Shown here: in pieces, positions 20,764 to 32,024 of the stretch
How the letters are laid out: every line of letters begins with the position of its first letter
Position numbering within the stretch: the stretch's first letter is position 1
IMG/VR virus record: IMGVR_UViG_3300042731_007874
Length of the DNA stretch: 64,000 nt
Direction: 5' to 3' (one strand)
Origin: a virus
Translations under genes and position numbers: made by a program
The notes under the pieces: model-generated
The model's input: the letters and a program-made list of their open reading frames with translations, nothing else
Told to the model about the DNA's origin: nothing
Databases searched by the model: none

Positions 20764-22430
20764 ATTCTTCTTCTTTCTTTTGTGACAAATAAGAAGTAAT
20801 AAGAGAGAATAGAAGAACAACAGGAACAATAAAAAATATAGTTATAAGAAAAGCAAATAGAATTGATAAGATTTTAAAAATCTTAAAACAGAGAGAGAAT
20901 TTTGTTTTAAAAACATTATAGATCTTTTTGACGGGAGTGAATATTTTCATTTTATCCTCGATCTGTTCTAGATTTTAGTTCATTTAGATAGGTGTTATAG
21001 TTCAAGTAGCTTTTTGCTTCTTCGTCGAATAAATGATCTTCGTCATACCACATATCTTCTACATCTGGCCCGCCACCTCCATATCTTAAAACTATCCCTT
21101 CTTTAGCTCTTCTTTCTATATACTTTATGATGTTTTTTAGATGACTTGTCTCTAAGTCTTTAATTAGGGTTTTATTTCCATTTTTATCTGTGTGGTATTT
21201 CATTTTATTCTCAAAATATCTGAGGGATGTTCTCCTGTTTCTTCTCCCCACTGGCTAACTGGAGCTAGTTCTTGACCAGCCCAGTTATACATTCTGCCAC
21301 AATCACAAGAATTTGTGAATCCATCTAAATATATTTCTTCTCCACATTCACATCTACCAATTCTTGGGGTAATACATAAACAGCTATGTTTTTGTACTCC
21401 TTTGTTGATATATCTATCTGGATTATTAATACATTTTTGGTAGTTAAAGTAAGCAGCTGCATTGAGTTCTTCTAGTTCTCCACCCTCGTTACAAGGAAAA
21501 GAATAGCTACATCCTTTTTCTCCTTTTCTTTCAAATTCTAAACAGAAGAAGATAGAAGTTTTACTTTCTCTATGTTGTATAATTTCCATAATCATTGCAG
21601 TGGCTCAACATATACAGAAAAACTATCTTTTTTCAATCCAATTTCTTTCTTTATTGTTGAAAAGATATGGTTATTTGGAAAACTAGATTCTCCTATATAT
21701 GCAACTGCCTCTAAAATAATAGTTGAATTAAAACTCTTTGAAAACCATAAAGATTGATTCTCATAATGATCATATAGTCGGCTATTGATAAGATTTTTGG
21801 CAACTCCGGCCTTAAATTCGTCTTTTTCTGAACAGACCGCAAATGCTATTCGATGACTAGTTAAATCTACTCCCGCAATAATCCTTTTTGACTTATTGCC
21901 AAAATCAATAGTACTAAAATCAATTTCGAAATACTTTACTTTATTCTCTTTTGCTATTTTTCTTAGTTCCTTAATTCTCTTTGATTTCTTCAAAGACTCT
22001 TCTCGATATTTTCTGTACTTCTTTTGGCTTCTATTAATGCTTTCTTGAATATCCATTTCTTCTCCTTTATTTTGATGAAGATTAATTTAGTGTAAATAGC
22101 TTCCTAACTAAGTTGTGTCTTTACCAACTATTATAAAATCTGATAATTTTTATATCTTTAGGCAGATCCTTTATATTTATCTCAAAACCTTGTTCGTTAT
22201 CTGTATTATATGGCTTTTTACAATCTGCAGGAAGATCAACTACTATTCCTGAAGGATCTGGATCTATATAATTAAAGAATTCTAGTACTTCTTTTGGAAC
22301 ATCTACTTCGGCATCAATACAAGCTTTATAAGCCTTGAACATTTTTTTAAAGTCTTCATCAGGCGGTTTAATGCCGAGAATATGTGTACTCGTTCCCATT
22401 TGAATATCTCCTTCTCCTTTTAGAAGTTAG

Positions 22431-22511
22431 AGGATGGTGTGGGGCTCGAACCCACGAAGCTTACGCAGAAGATTAAAAATCTTCTCCCTTTGGCCACTTG
22501 GGTAATCATCC
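22431..22511 (-). tRNA. Class II-type tRNA body with anticodon UUU (nominally Lys)
   Basis: Acceptor GGATGAT/ACCATCC, D-stem CCC/GGG, anticodon arm GAAGA-TTTTTAA-TCTTC, 12-nt variable region, T-arm GTGGG-TTCGAGC-CCCAC; no encoded CCA. Confidence 0.8.
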
Positions 22512-22526
22512 TTAATTATTTTTTAA

Positions 22527-22727
22527 TTACCTTAAAAGTTTATGAACGGTTTTATCAGAACAAAGTACGTAATGGTTCTCATTCTTTTTATAGATTGTTT
22601 CTATTTTCCCGTTGCATATTTGAGTAGCTTGTCCTTTATAAAATATTACATCTGCAAAAGCTGATAATATAAATATAGTTACAATAATCATAAGAAGTAC
22701 AAGAAAAAGTTTTATTATCTTTTCCAT
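22527..22727 (-). CDS. Small membrane-anchored protein (paralog of 30375..30581)
   Basis: TM + FYKGQATQIC...LCSDKTVHKL. Confidence 0.55.
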   Translation of the reverse strand: MEKIIKLFLVLLMIIVTIFILSAFADVIFYKGQATQICNGKIETIYKKNENHYVLCSDKTVHKLLR

Positions 22728-22946
22728 TATTTTTATCCTTCCCGGCCTACTTTTTTAGAAATAAGAACAGTATCAACATTCTTTGATTTCTCAAACATCT
22801 GTTTCTTAAAATAAATGCCGGTTTCACCTATGAATAAAGGATTTCCTAGTTTTGCAAATCGCCATAATCTTAGCATTTCTTCATAGGACATATTGTCAAT
22901 CTTCTTTTTAATATCTAACATTAGATTCATATTGTTTCTCCTTTAG

Positions 22947-23219
22947 TTATGTAATACTTGGAAAATATTTATCTATAATTCTGGCTTGTTCAAATGTACA
23001 TATTCTTATTTCAGAGTCATCACTAAAAATAATTGATCCAGGCTGTTTTCCATGCCCGCAGCATGAAGCTACAGTTATAAGTCCTACAGCATTTAGCGCT
23101 CGGACTAATGGTGCTATACAAGTATCTATATCCGCTAGCTTTGCTGCGTCTTTCCCTGTACGACTAAGCCTTGCCGGAATAAATACCGGAACTAATGTTG
23201 TATTGCCCCATTTACACAT
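22947..23219 (-). CDS. Phage protein with SCCGHG motif
   Basis: IDTCIAPLVRALN...TVASCCGHG. Confidence 0.5.
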   Translation of the reverse strand: MCKWGNTTLVPVFIPARLSRTGKDAAKLADIDTCIAPLVRALNAVGLITVASCCGHGKQPGSIIFSDDSEIRICTFEQARIIDKYFPSIT

Positions 23220-23229
23220 ATCTTTCTCC

Positions 23230-23640
23230 TTAGTTTTCTAAAACTTTTATAAAAGTTAATTTAGTACAAACCGCTTCATGATATCCATTGTTAACAGCAA
23301 CAATATCTTTTCTCTCAACTCTGAATTTTGCAATTGTTTCAGATCCTTCATGAATTTCACGAAAATACCTAGCCATGTTAAGGTGAGTATAGACATGAAG
23401 ACCTTTTTCTATTTGACTATTATAGAGTTCGTCTTTGGTAGGTTTGTTAGGTCTATCTACTTGATATATTTTTTGTTTTCTAAAATCCCACTCAAATTCA
23501 GGACGATAAAAGGATCTATAGAAATTTTCATATAGTCTCCTTATTAGAACTTTATAGACAAATATATTTTTCCTATTACCAAGAAAATCTTGAAGATCTT
23601 CTTCATTTTGTTCTTGATCATACGAAATATGTAAGCACAT
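23230..23640 (-). CDS. MCL-family paralog 11 (subfamily B)
   Basis: DFLGNRKNIFVYK, YRS, GLHVYT, HEAVC. Confidence 0.9.
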   Translation of the reverse strand: MCLHISYDQEQNEEDLQDFLGNRKNIFVYKVLIRRLYENFYRSFYRPEFEWDFRKQKIYQVDRPNKPTKDELYNSQIEKGLHVYTHLNMARYFREIHEGSETIAKFRVERKDIVAVNNGYHEAVCTKLTFIKVLEN

Positions 23641-23641
23641 A

Positions 23642-24142
23642 CTAGTCTCCTATTCTTGTAGACCCATATAAAACTAGTCTTTTACCTGTCATTCTTAAAT
23701 AAGCTTCATTAGCAGTTAAGTTTAATTTAGCTGCAAAGTTTTTAAGATGTTTGATCCAGTTTGTGTAATTATAAGCATTTCTAAATTCAATATTAGAAAC
23801 AGTTGGTTTTACACAACATGGTACTACTGCATACGGGGTTTTTCTTCTCGCGGCCTCGGCAATAATAACATCAGTTGCTTCATCTGGGTGCATTCCTACA
23901 AGAAGATCAAACTCTTCTTCAATGTTCCTATCGAAATATCTATATTGATACTGAAACCTATTTGGTCTATTTCTTCTACCTTTTCTCTTATCAAAGGTTG
24001 TTACATTATAACCATAAGATCTAAGAGCTGTTTGTAAATATCCTTTTCCTCCCGCAATATCTGCGACTTTTGGATATTTCTCTGGGGGAAAGTTATCCTT
24101 AATAAATTTAGCAAACAAGTTAAATCTTCTAGAATCTCCCAT
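23642..24142 (-). CDS. SAM-dependent methyltransferase-like protein
   Basis: VADIAGGKG (motif I), GMHPDEATD, VPCC. Confidence 0.7.
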   Translation of the reverse strand: MGDSRRFNLFAKFIKDNFPPEKYPKVADIAGGKGYLQTALRSYGYNVTTFDKRKGRRNRPNRFQYQYRYFDRNIEEEFDLLVGMHPDEATDVIIAEAARRKTPYAVVPCCVKPTVSNIEFRNAYNYTNWIKHLKNFAAKLNLTANEAYLRMTGKRLVLYGSTRIGD

Positions 24143-24160
24143 TTTAATAACTCTCTGGTT

Positions 24161-24203
24161 TAAAAAATAACCCCACCTGGGGCTTTTGGGCTATCCAGGT
24201 GGG
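24161..24203 (-). terminator. Rho-independent terminator
   Basis: 9-bp stem CCCACCTGG/CCAGGTGGG followed by a U-tract on the minus strand, downstream of the SSB gene. Confidence 0.7.
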
Positions 24204-24278
24204 AAGTAAATTATAGACAGAAACTATATTTTAATTATAGGAGATTTTTAAGCAGAAGGAAAGATTTGGTTATTTGTT

Positions 24279-24851
24279 TTAGTTGTTCTTCTTAGGAACT
24301 CCTTCTTCGTCAAGAATGATTCGTCCATCGTGATACTTTTGAACGGCAAATCGTTCAAGCCTATCACTGAACTCTTTTGTAAAAGACTCTATGTCTAGAA
24401 CATTTTCTCTAATCTTTGCAAACATTTCTACAAAGATATTACTGTTTTCTGCAACCTCCTGAGTAAAAGATCTAATTACTCGATTAAGGGGCCGATCAAG
24501 GAATTCAATTTCTTGTGCTTGAATTTCCAAATTCGCAAAGATATTATCGTTACTAGAACTCCTGGGCTTTGCTTGCAGCGGCCCCTTAACGATAACTCTC
24601 CTTCCTGCTGTCAATTGTTTAAAGACCCTTCGTCCAGCTTCCCCTTGAGGAAGGTAGACTGTTACTGGCTCTTGAGGAAAATATCCATTCTCGTTCTTTC
24701 CGGCCATAGTGTTCTGGCAAAGGAGAACAAAATAATTAATCTTCATTCTGTCTCCTTTTGAGTTAGTAATCCACTTCTCAGTCGGGCGTTGCCATTCCTT
24801 GTTTCCAATGATCCCTTGAACGTCACTCCACAATCCAACTTTCTTCATCAT
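24279..24851 (-). CDS. Single-stranded DNA-binding (OB-fold) protein
   Basis: SSB-like GRRVIVKGPLQAK...EIQAQEIEFL. Confidence 0.6.
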   Translation of the reverse strand: MMKKVGLWSDVQGIIGNKEWQRPTEKWITNSKGDRMKINYFVLLCQNTMAGKNENGYFPQEPVTVYLPQGEAGRRVFKQLTAGRRVIVKGPLQAKPRSSSNDNIFANLEIQAQEIEFLDRPLNRVIRSFTQEVAENSNIFVEMFAKIRENVLDIESFTKEFSDRLERFAVQKYHDGRIILDEEGVPKKNN

Positions 24852-25360
24852 TTTTCTTTCCTTTCTTTGCCAAATTTTGGCAGTTTATAAATATTCTGGA
24901 TATATTACCCAGAAAACATGTGTTAAATATCTAATTTATTTAACTAATTTTATTACTAACTCAATTAACTTTTATACTAAGCCAGCTTATTCATAGAATA
25001 ATCTTCTAAATCTGTAAAAACGGAATCTACAATATCCCATTCAAAACCATTATCAAAACCATTCCATTTTTGTTCGCAGGTAAGAATTACTCTATAAATA
25101 TTTTCCGAAGGCCAACTATCATGGCAAAATTGATATATAAGGTTTTTAACAGATTGAAAATCTGGCCATTCAAAAACTCCTTCTAGAATCTTTAGAATAG
25201 AGATTGCAAAAGTTTCTTCTATTGGAGTATCTTCTTCAACAGAAAACTTGTCTACGAGGATTTGTAGCTTTGAAAAACACTGTTCTTGTTTCTCAATGTC
25301 TTTTTTATATTCTTCAGACATTACTTCAATATTCATTTTGTCTATCTTTTATCCTTCGTC

Positions 25361-25795
25361 TTATACAACTTCAACAAATTCTAGTCTTTTACAGACTAGT
25401 TGTTTAAAGTTAGGCTCTTCGAAAATCCAATCATTTTGAATAGCAACAATGTCTCTTTTATTAACCCGAAACTTTACAATTACTAGATCAGATAGACAAG
25501 AATAAAAATGACGAAAATATTCTTGAGCTATTCTAAAACTGACATAAACATGAAGTCCTTGACTTATTTCTCCAAGATTAAGTTCATACTCTGTAGGTTT
25601 AGAAGATCTATCTATCCAGTAAACTTTTTGTTTCTTAAAATTCCAGATACAATTAGGATAATGAATAGATCTATAAAAGCCTCTATATATGCCTTTTCTT
25701 AAAATTTTATATACGTAAACTTTTTCACAATCCCTTAGAAAATTATTTAGATCTCTTTCATTTTTTTCTTGGTCTTTTTTAATATATAGACACAT
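25361..25795 (-). CDS. MCL-family paralog 12 (subfamily B)
   Basis: NFLRDCEKVYVYK, YRS, GLHVY, KQLVC. Confidence 0.9.
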   Translation of the reverse strand: MCLYIKKDQEKNERDLNNFLRDCEKVYVYKILRKGIYRGFYRSIHYPNCIWNFKKQKVYWIDRSSKPTEYELNLGEISQGLHVYVSFRIAQEYFRHFYSCLSDLVIVKFRVNKRDIVAIQNDWIFEEPNFKQLVCKRLEFVEVV

Positions 25796-26322
25796 TATTC
25801 TTCTTCCTCTATTTCTTGTTTATGTAGATCTTCGTACAAACTAAAGTAGAAACTTTCTTCACAATATTCATCACAAAAGATCTGATTTACTTGTATTGGA
25901 TCTAAATCTTCTCCGCAACTAAGACATTTCATTTATATTTCTCTTCCATTTCTGTAATAAATTTCATTTCACATCCATGATCGCAAAAGAAATCTAATTG
26001 ATCTTTAAGCGGCTCGCCGCAATGAAGACATCTCCTTATAATTCTTGGCTTATTCTTTTTAATTAGATTTTGAATCCAATTTGCTATATTTTCTAGTTCT
26101 TGTTCTTGAGCTTTTGTGTTTGTACATTCGTCCACAAAATCATCTACTTTTAGATAAGAACAGCAATTACTACAACTACTATTTAATGGATTATACTCAC
26201 ATTTTTCGTCAGTTGTATCTGAAAAACTACACTCTTTTCTACAAGTATTGTAGTTACAAATGAAAACGTAATCTTCTTTTGTTTTTTCAATATGACAGTT
26301 TGATTTAGTCATTTACTTCTCT

Positions 26323-26970
26323 CTAGAAAGGAAATTCAACGTCCTCTTCATTATCAGGATAACGTCTAATCTCAATCGGCTTTGAGATAAAAGTAGATTC
26401 TCTCCTTAAAACCTGAAATAGAACTCCTGGATTTTCCTTTGCAAGTCTTTTAGCTTCATCTTCAGCGGAGCCGCGAGATGTATGAACATGCCTTGTATAT
26501 CCTGTAAAAGGATTATGTACATACCAAATATTTCCTGTTTCTTCCATAGAATTTTCCTTTTGTTCATAATTACTGCAGTAATGATTCTTATTCCTATCTA
26601 TTAATAATCGATGGCAGTATCCATTATAATGACCTTGTCCAGAAAAATACTTGCAGCTTTTACATGTTTTTTCTATTTCTTTCTCTTTCTTTGTTTCAAA
26701 CTGAATACAATAATTAGCACTCCATGTAGACTTTCTTTTTTTATTACAATATAGACGGTTTAGATCAAAGTGAATACATGAGTGACAAATCTCTTTCATT
26801 TTGTTCTCCTTGTTTGTTTCTTTTGGACTATAGGAGTCGCAGGTTGTTTTTTTATACAAGTGATAGTCTAGCTTTTTTATAGCGCAAGCTTCTTTAGTAA
26901 AATCCCATAGTCCGTCACTACCAACAGGTATTTTGAAAAAGAATTTACAGTTCTTACAAGCTCGTTTCAT
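26323..26970 (-). CDS. Protein with three tandem CxxC...C...C metal-binding repeats
   Basis: CKNCKFF, CHSCIHF, CKSCKYF units. Confidence 0.5.
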   Translation of the reverse strand: MKRACKNCKFFFKIPVGSDGLWDFTKEACAIKKLDYHLYKKTTCDSYSPKETNKENKMKEICHSCIHFDLNRLYCNKKRKSTWSANYCIQFETKKEKEIEKTCKSCKYFSGQGHYNGYCHRLLIDRNKNHYCSNYEQKENSMEETGNIWYVHNPFTGYTRHVHTSRGSAEDEAKRLAKENPGVLFQVLRRESTFISKPIEIRRYPDNEEDVEFPF

Positions 26971-27496
26971 CAGAATTCTTCTTGAAGAGGTTTTTCAATT
27001 TCGTCCAATATTATTTTTAACTCATATATATTAGCAATTACTGGGTTATATTTGTTGTCAGAATCTTGTAGTTGTCTAGTAATATTTTGAACTTCTAATA
27101 AGACTTGCTGTATTAAACGTACTGTATAACTCTCGAAATCTTTATCTTTAATAAAAGAGTTAATACCATTTAATTCACTAGTCTTACTCTTGATATTGTT
27201 TACAAAAGTCTTAATTGCGGATCTTTGATACTTAGTCATTTAGAAACATCTCCTTACATTTTTCGATAAAGGTTTCTTGAGACACTCTTTCTCCAAATAG
27301 TACATAATCAGGTTCTTGATAGGAGAAAAAAAGTCCTTCCTTAGTTAAAACAAGTGATTTTGCTAATTTCTTTATCCATTCATCTGCGAATGTTGGAGGA
27401 GTTTTAGTGGACCCCCACATAACAAAAGAGTTATCTTCGATCTTCTTTAGTAATCCTTCTGAAAACAATGTTATATACTTTATCATTGAATTCTCC

Positions 27497-27940
27497 TTAA
27501 TCTTCTAAAACTTCTACAAACATTAATTTTCTACATACTAGTTCTTTAAGATATTTTTTAGAAAAGAACCAATTATTGTTTATTGCGACAATGTCTTCTT
27601 TAAGTACTTTAAATTTAACAATTTCTCTACGATAATAACCACAAGTGGCTTTAGCGGTCTCAAGATCAGTATAGACATGAAACCCTTTGTGTATTTCTCC
27701 CCAATTTATTCCATCTTCTCCGTAACTTAATTCTTCTTTCGTAGGCTTTAAAGGTCTATCTATCTTGTAAACTTTTTGTTTCTTGAAATCCCAAAAAAAT
27801 TCATAATATTCAGATCTATAAAAATCTTTGTCTGGATTTTTATACAAAATTTTATAGACATAGATCTCTTGTCGATCCCCAAGAAATTCTTTTAAATCTT
27901 TGTCGTTTTCTTCTTGATTATTTCGGATCCATAAACACAT
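27497..27940 (-). CDS. MCL-family paralog 13 (subfamily B)
   Basis: EFLGDRQEIYVYK, YRS, GFHVYT, KELVC. Confidence 0.9.
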   Translation of the reverse strand: MCLWIRNNQEENDKDLKEFLGDRQEIYVYKILYKNPDKDFYRSEYYEFFWDFKKQKVYKIDRPLKPTKEELSYGEDGINWGEIHKGFHVYTDLETAKATCGYYRREIVKFKVLKEDIVAINNNWFFSKKYLKELVCRKLMFVEVLED

Positions 27941-27954
27941 TTTGTTTTCCTCAA

Positions 27955-28383
27955 TCAGTAATTAATAACTCTTACAGCAAGACCTTTTCCTTTTGCAATA
28001 TTAATCATATGGTTAGTACCTTTTGATTTTCCATCCCAGAAAGCAATAAGAGCATCTCCGTATTTGGCCATTTGGATATTTCGTTCTGGTCCAGCTTTGG
28101 ACCAGTACTTAGTGCCGTCTCTTCGAGTTCTAATTTCTGAAAGAGGCTTATTTGTAATATCGTCCCAATTAGCAGGATAAACCTTTATATAGAATCCTCT
28201 GGCTTCAGCATAGTCTTCTCCAAGTTTATCTGCACCATTAGCTCCGCCGCTAACAATAATAATTTTGTTCTCTTTTCTAATTTGTTCTTTTAAAAGCAAA
28301 TCTGCTTTATGAAAAAGAAGTTTTTTGTTATTAAAATCTCTTCCGCCAGCAATGATAACTTTGAAATTCACTATATCCTCCAA
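27955..28383 (-). CDS. SLOG/YspA-like (DUF2493) protein
   Basis: IIAGGRDF, VSGGANGAD, AGPERN, AFWDGKSKGT. Confidence 0.85.
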   Translation of the reverse strand: MEDIVNFKVIIAGGRDFNNKKLLFHKADLLLKEQIRKENKIIIVSGGANGADKLGEDYAEARGFYIKVYPANWDDITNKPLSEIRTRRDGTKYWSKAGPERNIQMAKYGDALIAFWDGKSKGTNHMINIAKGKGLAVRVINY

Positions 28384-28650
28384 ATACTTGGAAACAATAA
28401 TCTAGAAACCGATCATTGCTTACTGGTTTATAGCCAAAGAATTCTTTATTAAAACCATATTCTAAAGAACAATAAGAAATTCTCCAAAAGTTTAATTTGA
28501 ATTCATCTTTTTCCAATATTAAAAGTTGTATAGCCAGGTCTAGACTAAGTACTATACCTGAATTCTCAATATAGTTTGTATAAATATTTATCTCATCAAC
28601 TAATGATTGGCTTGCCAAAGTAATACATTCTATCATGGGATTTTCTTTCT

Positions 28651-28679
28651 AAAACAACTAAAGCCCTCCAAAGAGGGCT
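28651..28679 (-). terminator. Putative rho-independent terminator
   Basis: AGCCCTC/GAGGGCT hairpin plus a T-rich tail on the minus strand after 28692..29555. Confidence 0.55.
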
Positions 28680-28691
28680 CTAGGGTTCTTA

Positions 28692-29555
28692 TTATGCTAC
28701 TTTTGGAAACGAATGGAAAGAAGTAATTTTTGATTTTCTTGTGGCGATTTCAGGAAGAATCTTTTGGCACTTTCGCCGACTATCAATTGCAGAAATAATA
28801 TCATCTTCAGTGAGATGTCCTTGAGACATAAACTCGTAGAACACCATAGCTGCTTCACGCTTCTGTTTCGCTTTCTCTTGAAGCTTTTGGTACATAGACC
28901 TGAATCTTTTGTATTCGTCCATATATCCAGATTCATAAGGCTTAACTATTTTAATTCCTCTTATAATATATGTTGCCTTATCTTTCATCCTGATAAGCCG
29001 CGCCAAAAGAGCAAAAGAACATTCTACAAAAGTAACATAATCAATCTCTCTATAAAGATTATGTTTCTCGGATTCTGAGAAAAGCACCTCAACAGATTCA
29101 AGGGCATTTTCTAACTCATTAAAACTCATCTTATGAACATTATTCATAAGATATTGTTGAATAGGATCAACCTTCTTGTGTTTTTCAAGAGAATAGTCTT
29201 CTTCTTCGTTTACAAGAGAAAGATCAATTTCTTTCTCAAGCTCACGAATCTTTATCATCTTTTCTTCAATATCTGCTTCTAAACGATTCTTCCATTCAAG
29301 TAAGGGACGATACTTCTCTCGAAGAGCGGCTTTCTTCTTATCTCCGGCGGTCTTTGCCTGCTGCTCGATCTTCTTCATTTGAGACAGACAATAACGAAGA
29401 TCTTCTTCGTTTAGTCCGTTATACATTTCTGTTAATCGATGCTCTTGATCCACTATTTTAAGCTCGACTCCAAGATTCCACCAGAATCCGAACTCTTCAT
29501 TAATAACTGAATTATTTGTTTGGAGAAGATCAGAATATTTTTCTTGTAATGACAT
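28692..29555 (-). CDS. Coiled-coil hypothetical protein
   Basis: 287-aa ORF with RBS and terminator. Confidence 0.55.
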   Translation of the reverse strand: MSLQEKYSDLLQTNNSVINEEFGFWWNLGVELKIVDQEHRLTEMYNGLNEEDLRYCLSQMKKIEQQAKTAGDKKKAALREKYRPLLEWKNRLEADIEEKMIKIRELEKEIDLSLVNEEEDYSLEKHKKVDPIQQYLMNNVHKMSFNELENALESVEVLFSESEKHNLYREIDYVTFVECSFALLARLIRMKDKATYIIRGIKIVKPYESGYMDEYKRFRSMYQKLQEKAKQKREAAMVFYEFMSQGHLTEDDIISAIDSRRKCQKILPEIATRKSKITSFHSFPKVA

Positions 29556-29893
29556 CTTTTACCTCCTTACAGGTAGATTTTAAGATCTAGCTTTACCCAT
29601 CTAGATCTTTCATTGAAATTTATTTTGGATTTTTTGGAGAGAAGTTTATCTAAGGAAGAATTTACTTAAGATTATTTTCTTGATTTTCTGGCCAGGCATC
29701 CTGGTTAAAACATTCTTCTTCGCCAGCAAATACACAATATCTGCAATCTTTGTACAAAATACACTTTTCAGAATAATCGCATTCGTGTATTTTGTCTTTT
29801 TCGGCTAGGCATCTATGCCCACTATCGCTGCATTTAGTTTTCTTCTTGTTATTCATTCTGTGTATTCCCCTGGTCTGTTTTTGGAAGAAGAAT

Positions 29894-30361
29894 TTAGTAT
29901 TTATAAACGAATACTGGAACACTTGTTTTCTCAATAAAACTTTGAATGGTTTTCTCAATCACAACCCAGTCTCCTCCAGCGAGCCCGCAACCAAACATTG
30001 GAGCATAAATATGAGCCTGATTATCTCTTGCCTGCAAAAATACTCGTTCTAGGCAAAAATTCAGATCCATATAGGACAAAGGAATTCTATTATTTCTTCC
30101 TCCAAACCCATCTTGAGCAATCATATTTGCAATAGTAATGTTTTCTTGTGGGATCTTAATAAATTGAGTTTCTCCTAGTACATAGTTATGCAGTTTTCGG
30201 TAGGATTTTTCTGGTTCTGTCCAAGTCTTGCTTATTGCAAGGACGAATCCAGCTCCCCATCCTCCTCTGTTATTACAAACATGAGGAATAATAATTTTGT
30301 TGGTTTTGGCCGCTTCTTGAGCCGCCACGATAACATCACCTTGTCGATAAACTATTGACAT
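29894..30361 (-). CDS. Macro domain (Poa1p-like ADP-ribose hydrolase)
   Basis: GDV, HVCNNRGGWGAGF, PMFGCGLAGGDW. Confidence 0.88.
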   Translation of the reverse strand: MSIVYRQGDVIVAAQEAAKTNKIIIPHVCNNRGGWGAGFVLAISKTWTEPEKSYRKLHNYVLGETQFIKIPQENITIANMIAQDGFGGRNNRIPLSYMDLNFCLERVFLQARDNQAHIYAPMFGCGLAGGDWVVIEKTIQSFIEKTSVPVFVYKY

Positions 30362-30374
30362 TTCTTTTTCCTCT

Positions 30375-30581
30375 CTAGTCTCTCTTAAAAAGTTTATGAA
30401 TAGATCCGTCAGAACAAATTGGATATTGATCTTCTCCTTTCTTATAGTAAGCTTCTACTTGTTGATTATAGATTTGGACCGCTTGTCCTTCATAGAAATT
30501 ATTATCCCTTATAAACACCATAGAGACGAAAACTGCAACAGCTATAATCATTACAATTAATATTCTAGATAGCAATTCCAT
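30375..30581 (-). CDS. Small membrane-anchored protein (paralog of 22527..22727)
   Basis: TM + FYEGQAVQI...ICSDGSIHKL. Confidence 0.55.
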   Translation of the reverse strand: MELLSRILIVMIIAVAVFVSMVFIRDNNFYEGQAVQIYNQQVEAYYKKGEDQYPICSDGSIHKLFKRD

Positions 30582-31545
30582 TACTCCTCCTTATATTCCA
30601 ATCAATATGATGGATCGTTTCAAAGGGTAAAAGATCCCTTTTGACCTGTTTCTCTATTAAAAATCTATGAAACTTTTTGATCTTGTCATCAAGAGCAATA
30701 AGAGCATATCCTTTTTTTCTTCCTTTGCTTGCCGGAGCTGCTGGTAAAAATGGATACTTAATGTCGTCAATTATTTTTGTACTTGTCCATTCTTGTGGTT
30801 TACAAGGATTGTGCTTATACCAAGGATTTCTATTACTCATCTTTTTCCCACTGTAACTCGCCATAACCTTGCTTTAGTTTATCTGTTACTTCTATAACAG
30901 TTAGAGACTCTTCTGAAAACCCATGATGAACCTCTACTGCGAATTTACCAAAATATTGCCTAATCTCATTCAGTCCTTCTAATTTGCAAGAAGAAAGTGA
31001 ATATAGAGGAGTTCTATCACAATCTCTTCCATGTTCAACAACCCATAATCTTGCATGAACTTTTTCACAAGCGCCATCTCCATGCCATCTGTCGAATTTA
31101 ACTTCAACAAGAGTGTCTATTGGAATATTATGCTTTCGCTCCATATTGTTTTGTTTGATGGTTTTCCCATTTTCTTCAACAATATCTCCTATAAAGAAAA
31201 TAGTCTTTTGTTCACTCATTTTTCCAACCCTCTATTACTCGGTAGAAACCACTTTTTATTCTGTCTATTTTACGGACAACCTTTGCTTTAAGAACAACAT
31301 CCTCTCCACAATAATTTTTAATAATATGAAATCCCTTATCTCTTCCAAATGGAATGTTCTCTTCCTTTGTCCATTCTTCATAAGAGCCTTTAAAATAAGT
31401 AAGAGAATTATCTCCATTATATTCAGGGTCTGACCAGATAAAATTACCAACCTCGGTTTCTATGAAGAATTTTGAGGAAAACCCCCAAGTAAAATGTCCT
31501 ACTGTTTTTAGTAATTCTTCTTTTGTCATGATTTATTCTTTTATA

Positions 31546-32005
31546 TTAGGCCCATTTACAGAGGGCTTTTTTAGGATCTCTAATTTCTTCTATTGATTCA
31601 TAGAAGAAGTCTCTCCATGTATTTTCTGGCAACCCAGTAAATAACATTAGATTAAGAGGATATCTTTCACTATCAGGTACATCTTCGAAAGTCATCTCTA
31701 AATAGAAAGGTTAGCTTTCCTAAAGCAATTGCCATTCCTAGTTCAACCATAACTCCTTCATCAGGAGGAGTTCCATTTACAATTGCAAAAATTGCATCAC
31801 TCTTTCGAACATCTTCGTAATCTTTTTGTCCAACTATATAGGCCCATCCTGGCTTGCTAGTTAGATCCTCCTGGTTATTGCGCTCAAATGGTTCCCAAAC
31901 CTCTAAGCCAAGTAGCTCTAGCTCCTCGATGATTGGAGGTAATAGTCTTTCCTTTGCTTGCTTTGAAAAGCTGTAAGGATTAGCTAAATAAATTGTCTTT
32001 TTCAT
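31546..32005 (-). pseudogene. Nucleoside 2-deoxyribosyltransferase-like gene with a +1 frameshift at about 31675
   Basis: MKKTIYLANPY...PPDEGVMVELG...RRCT continues after one extra base as DSERYPLNLMLFTGLPE...KWA*. Confidence 0.75.
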
Positions 32006-32024
32006 AATTTCTCCTTTTGGTTTA

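Noticed and set aside
22439-22627. Plus-strand ORF MGLEPTK...
   Set aside because: It is the antisense reading of the tRNA at 22431..22511.
30565-30864. Possible HNH endonuclease
   Set aside because: Only a partial IHHID motif at the extreme C-terminus and no second His/Asn half; at most a remnant.
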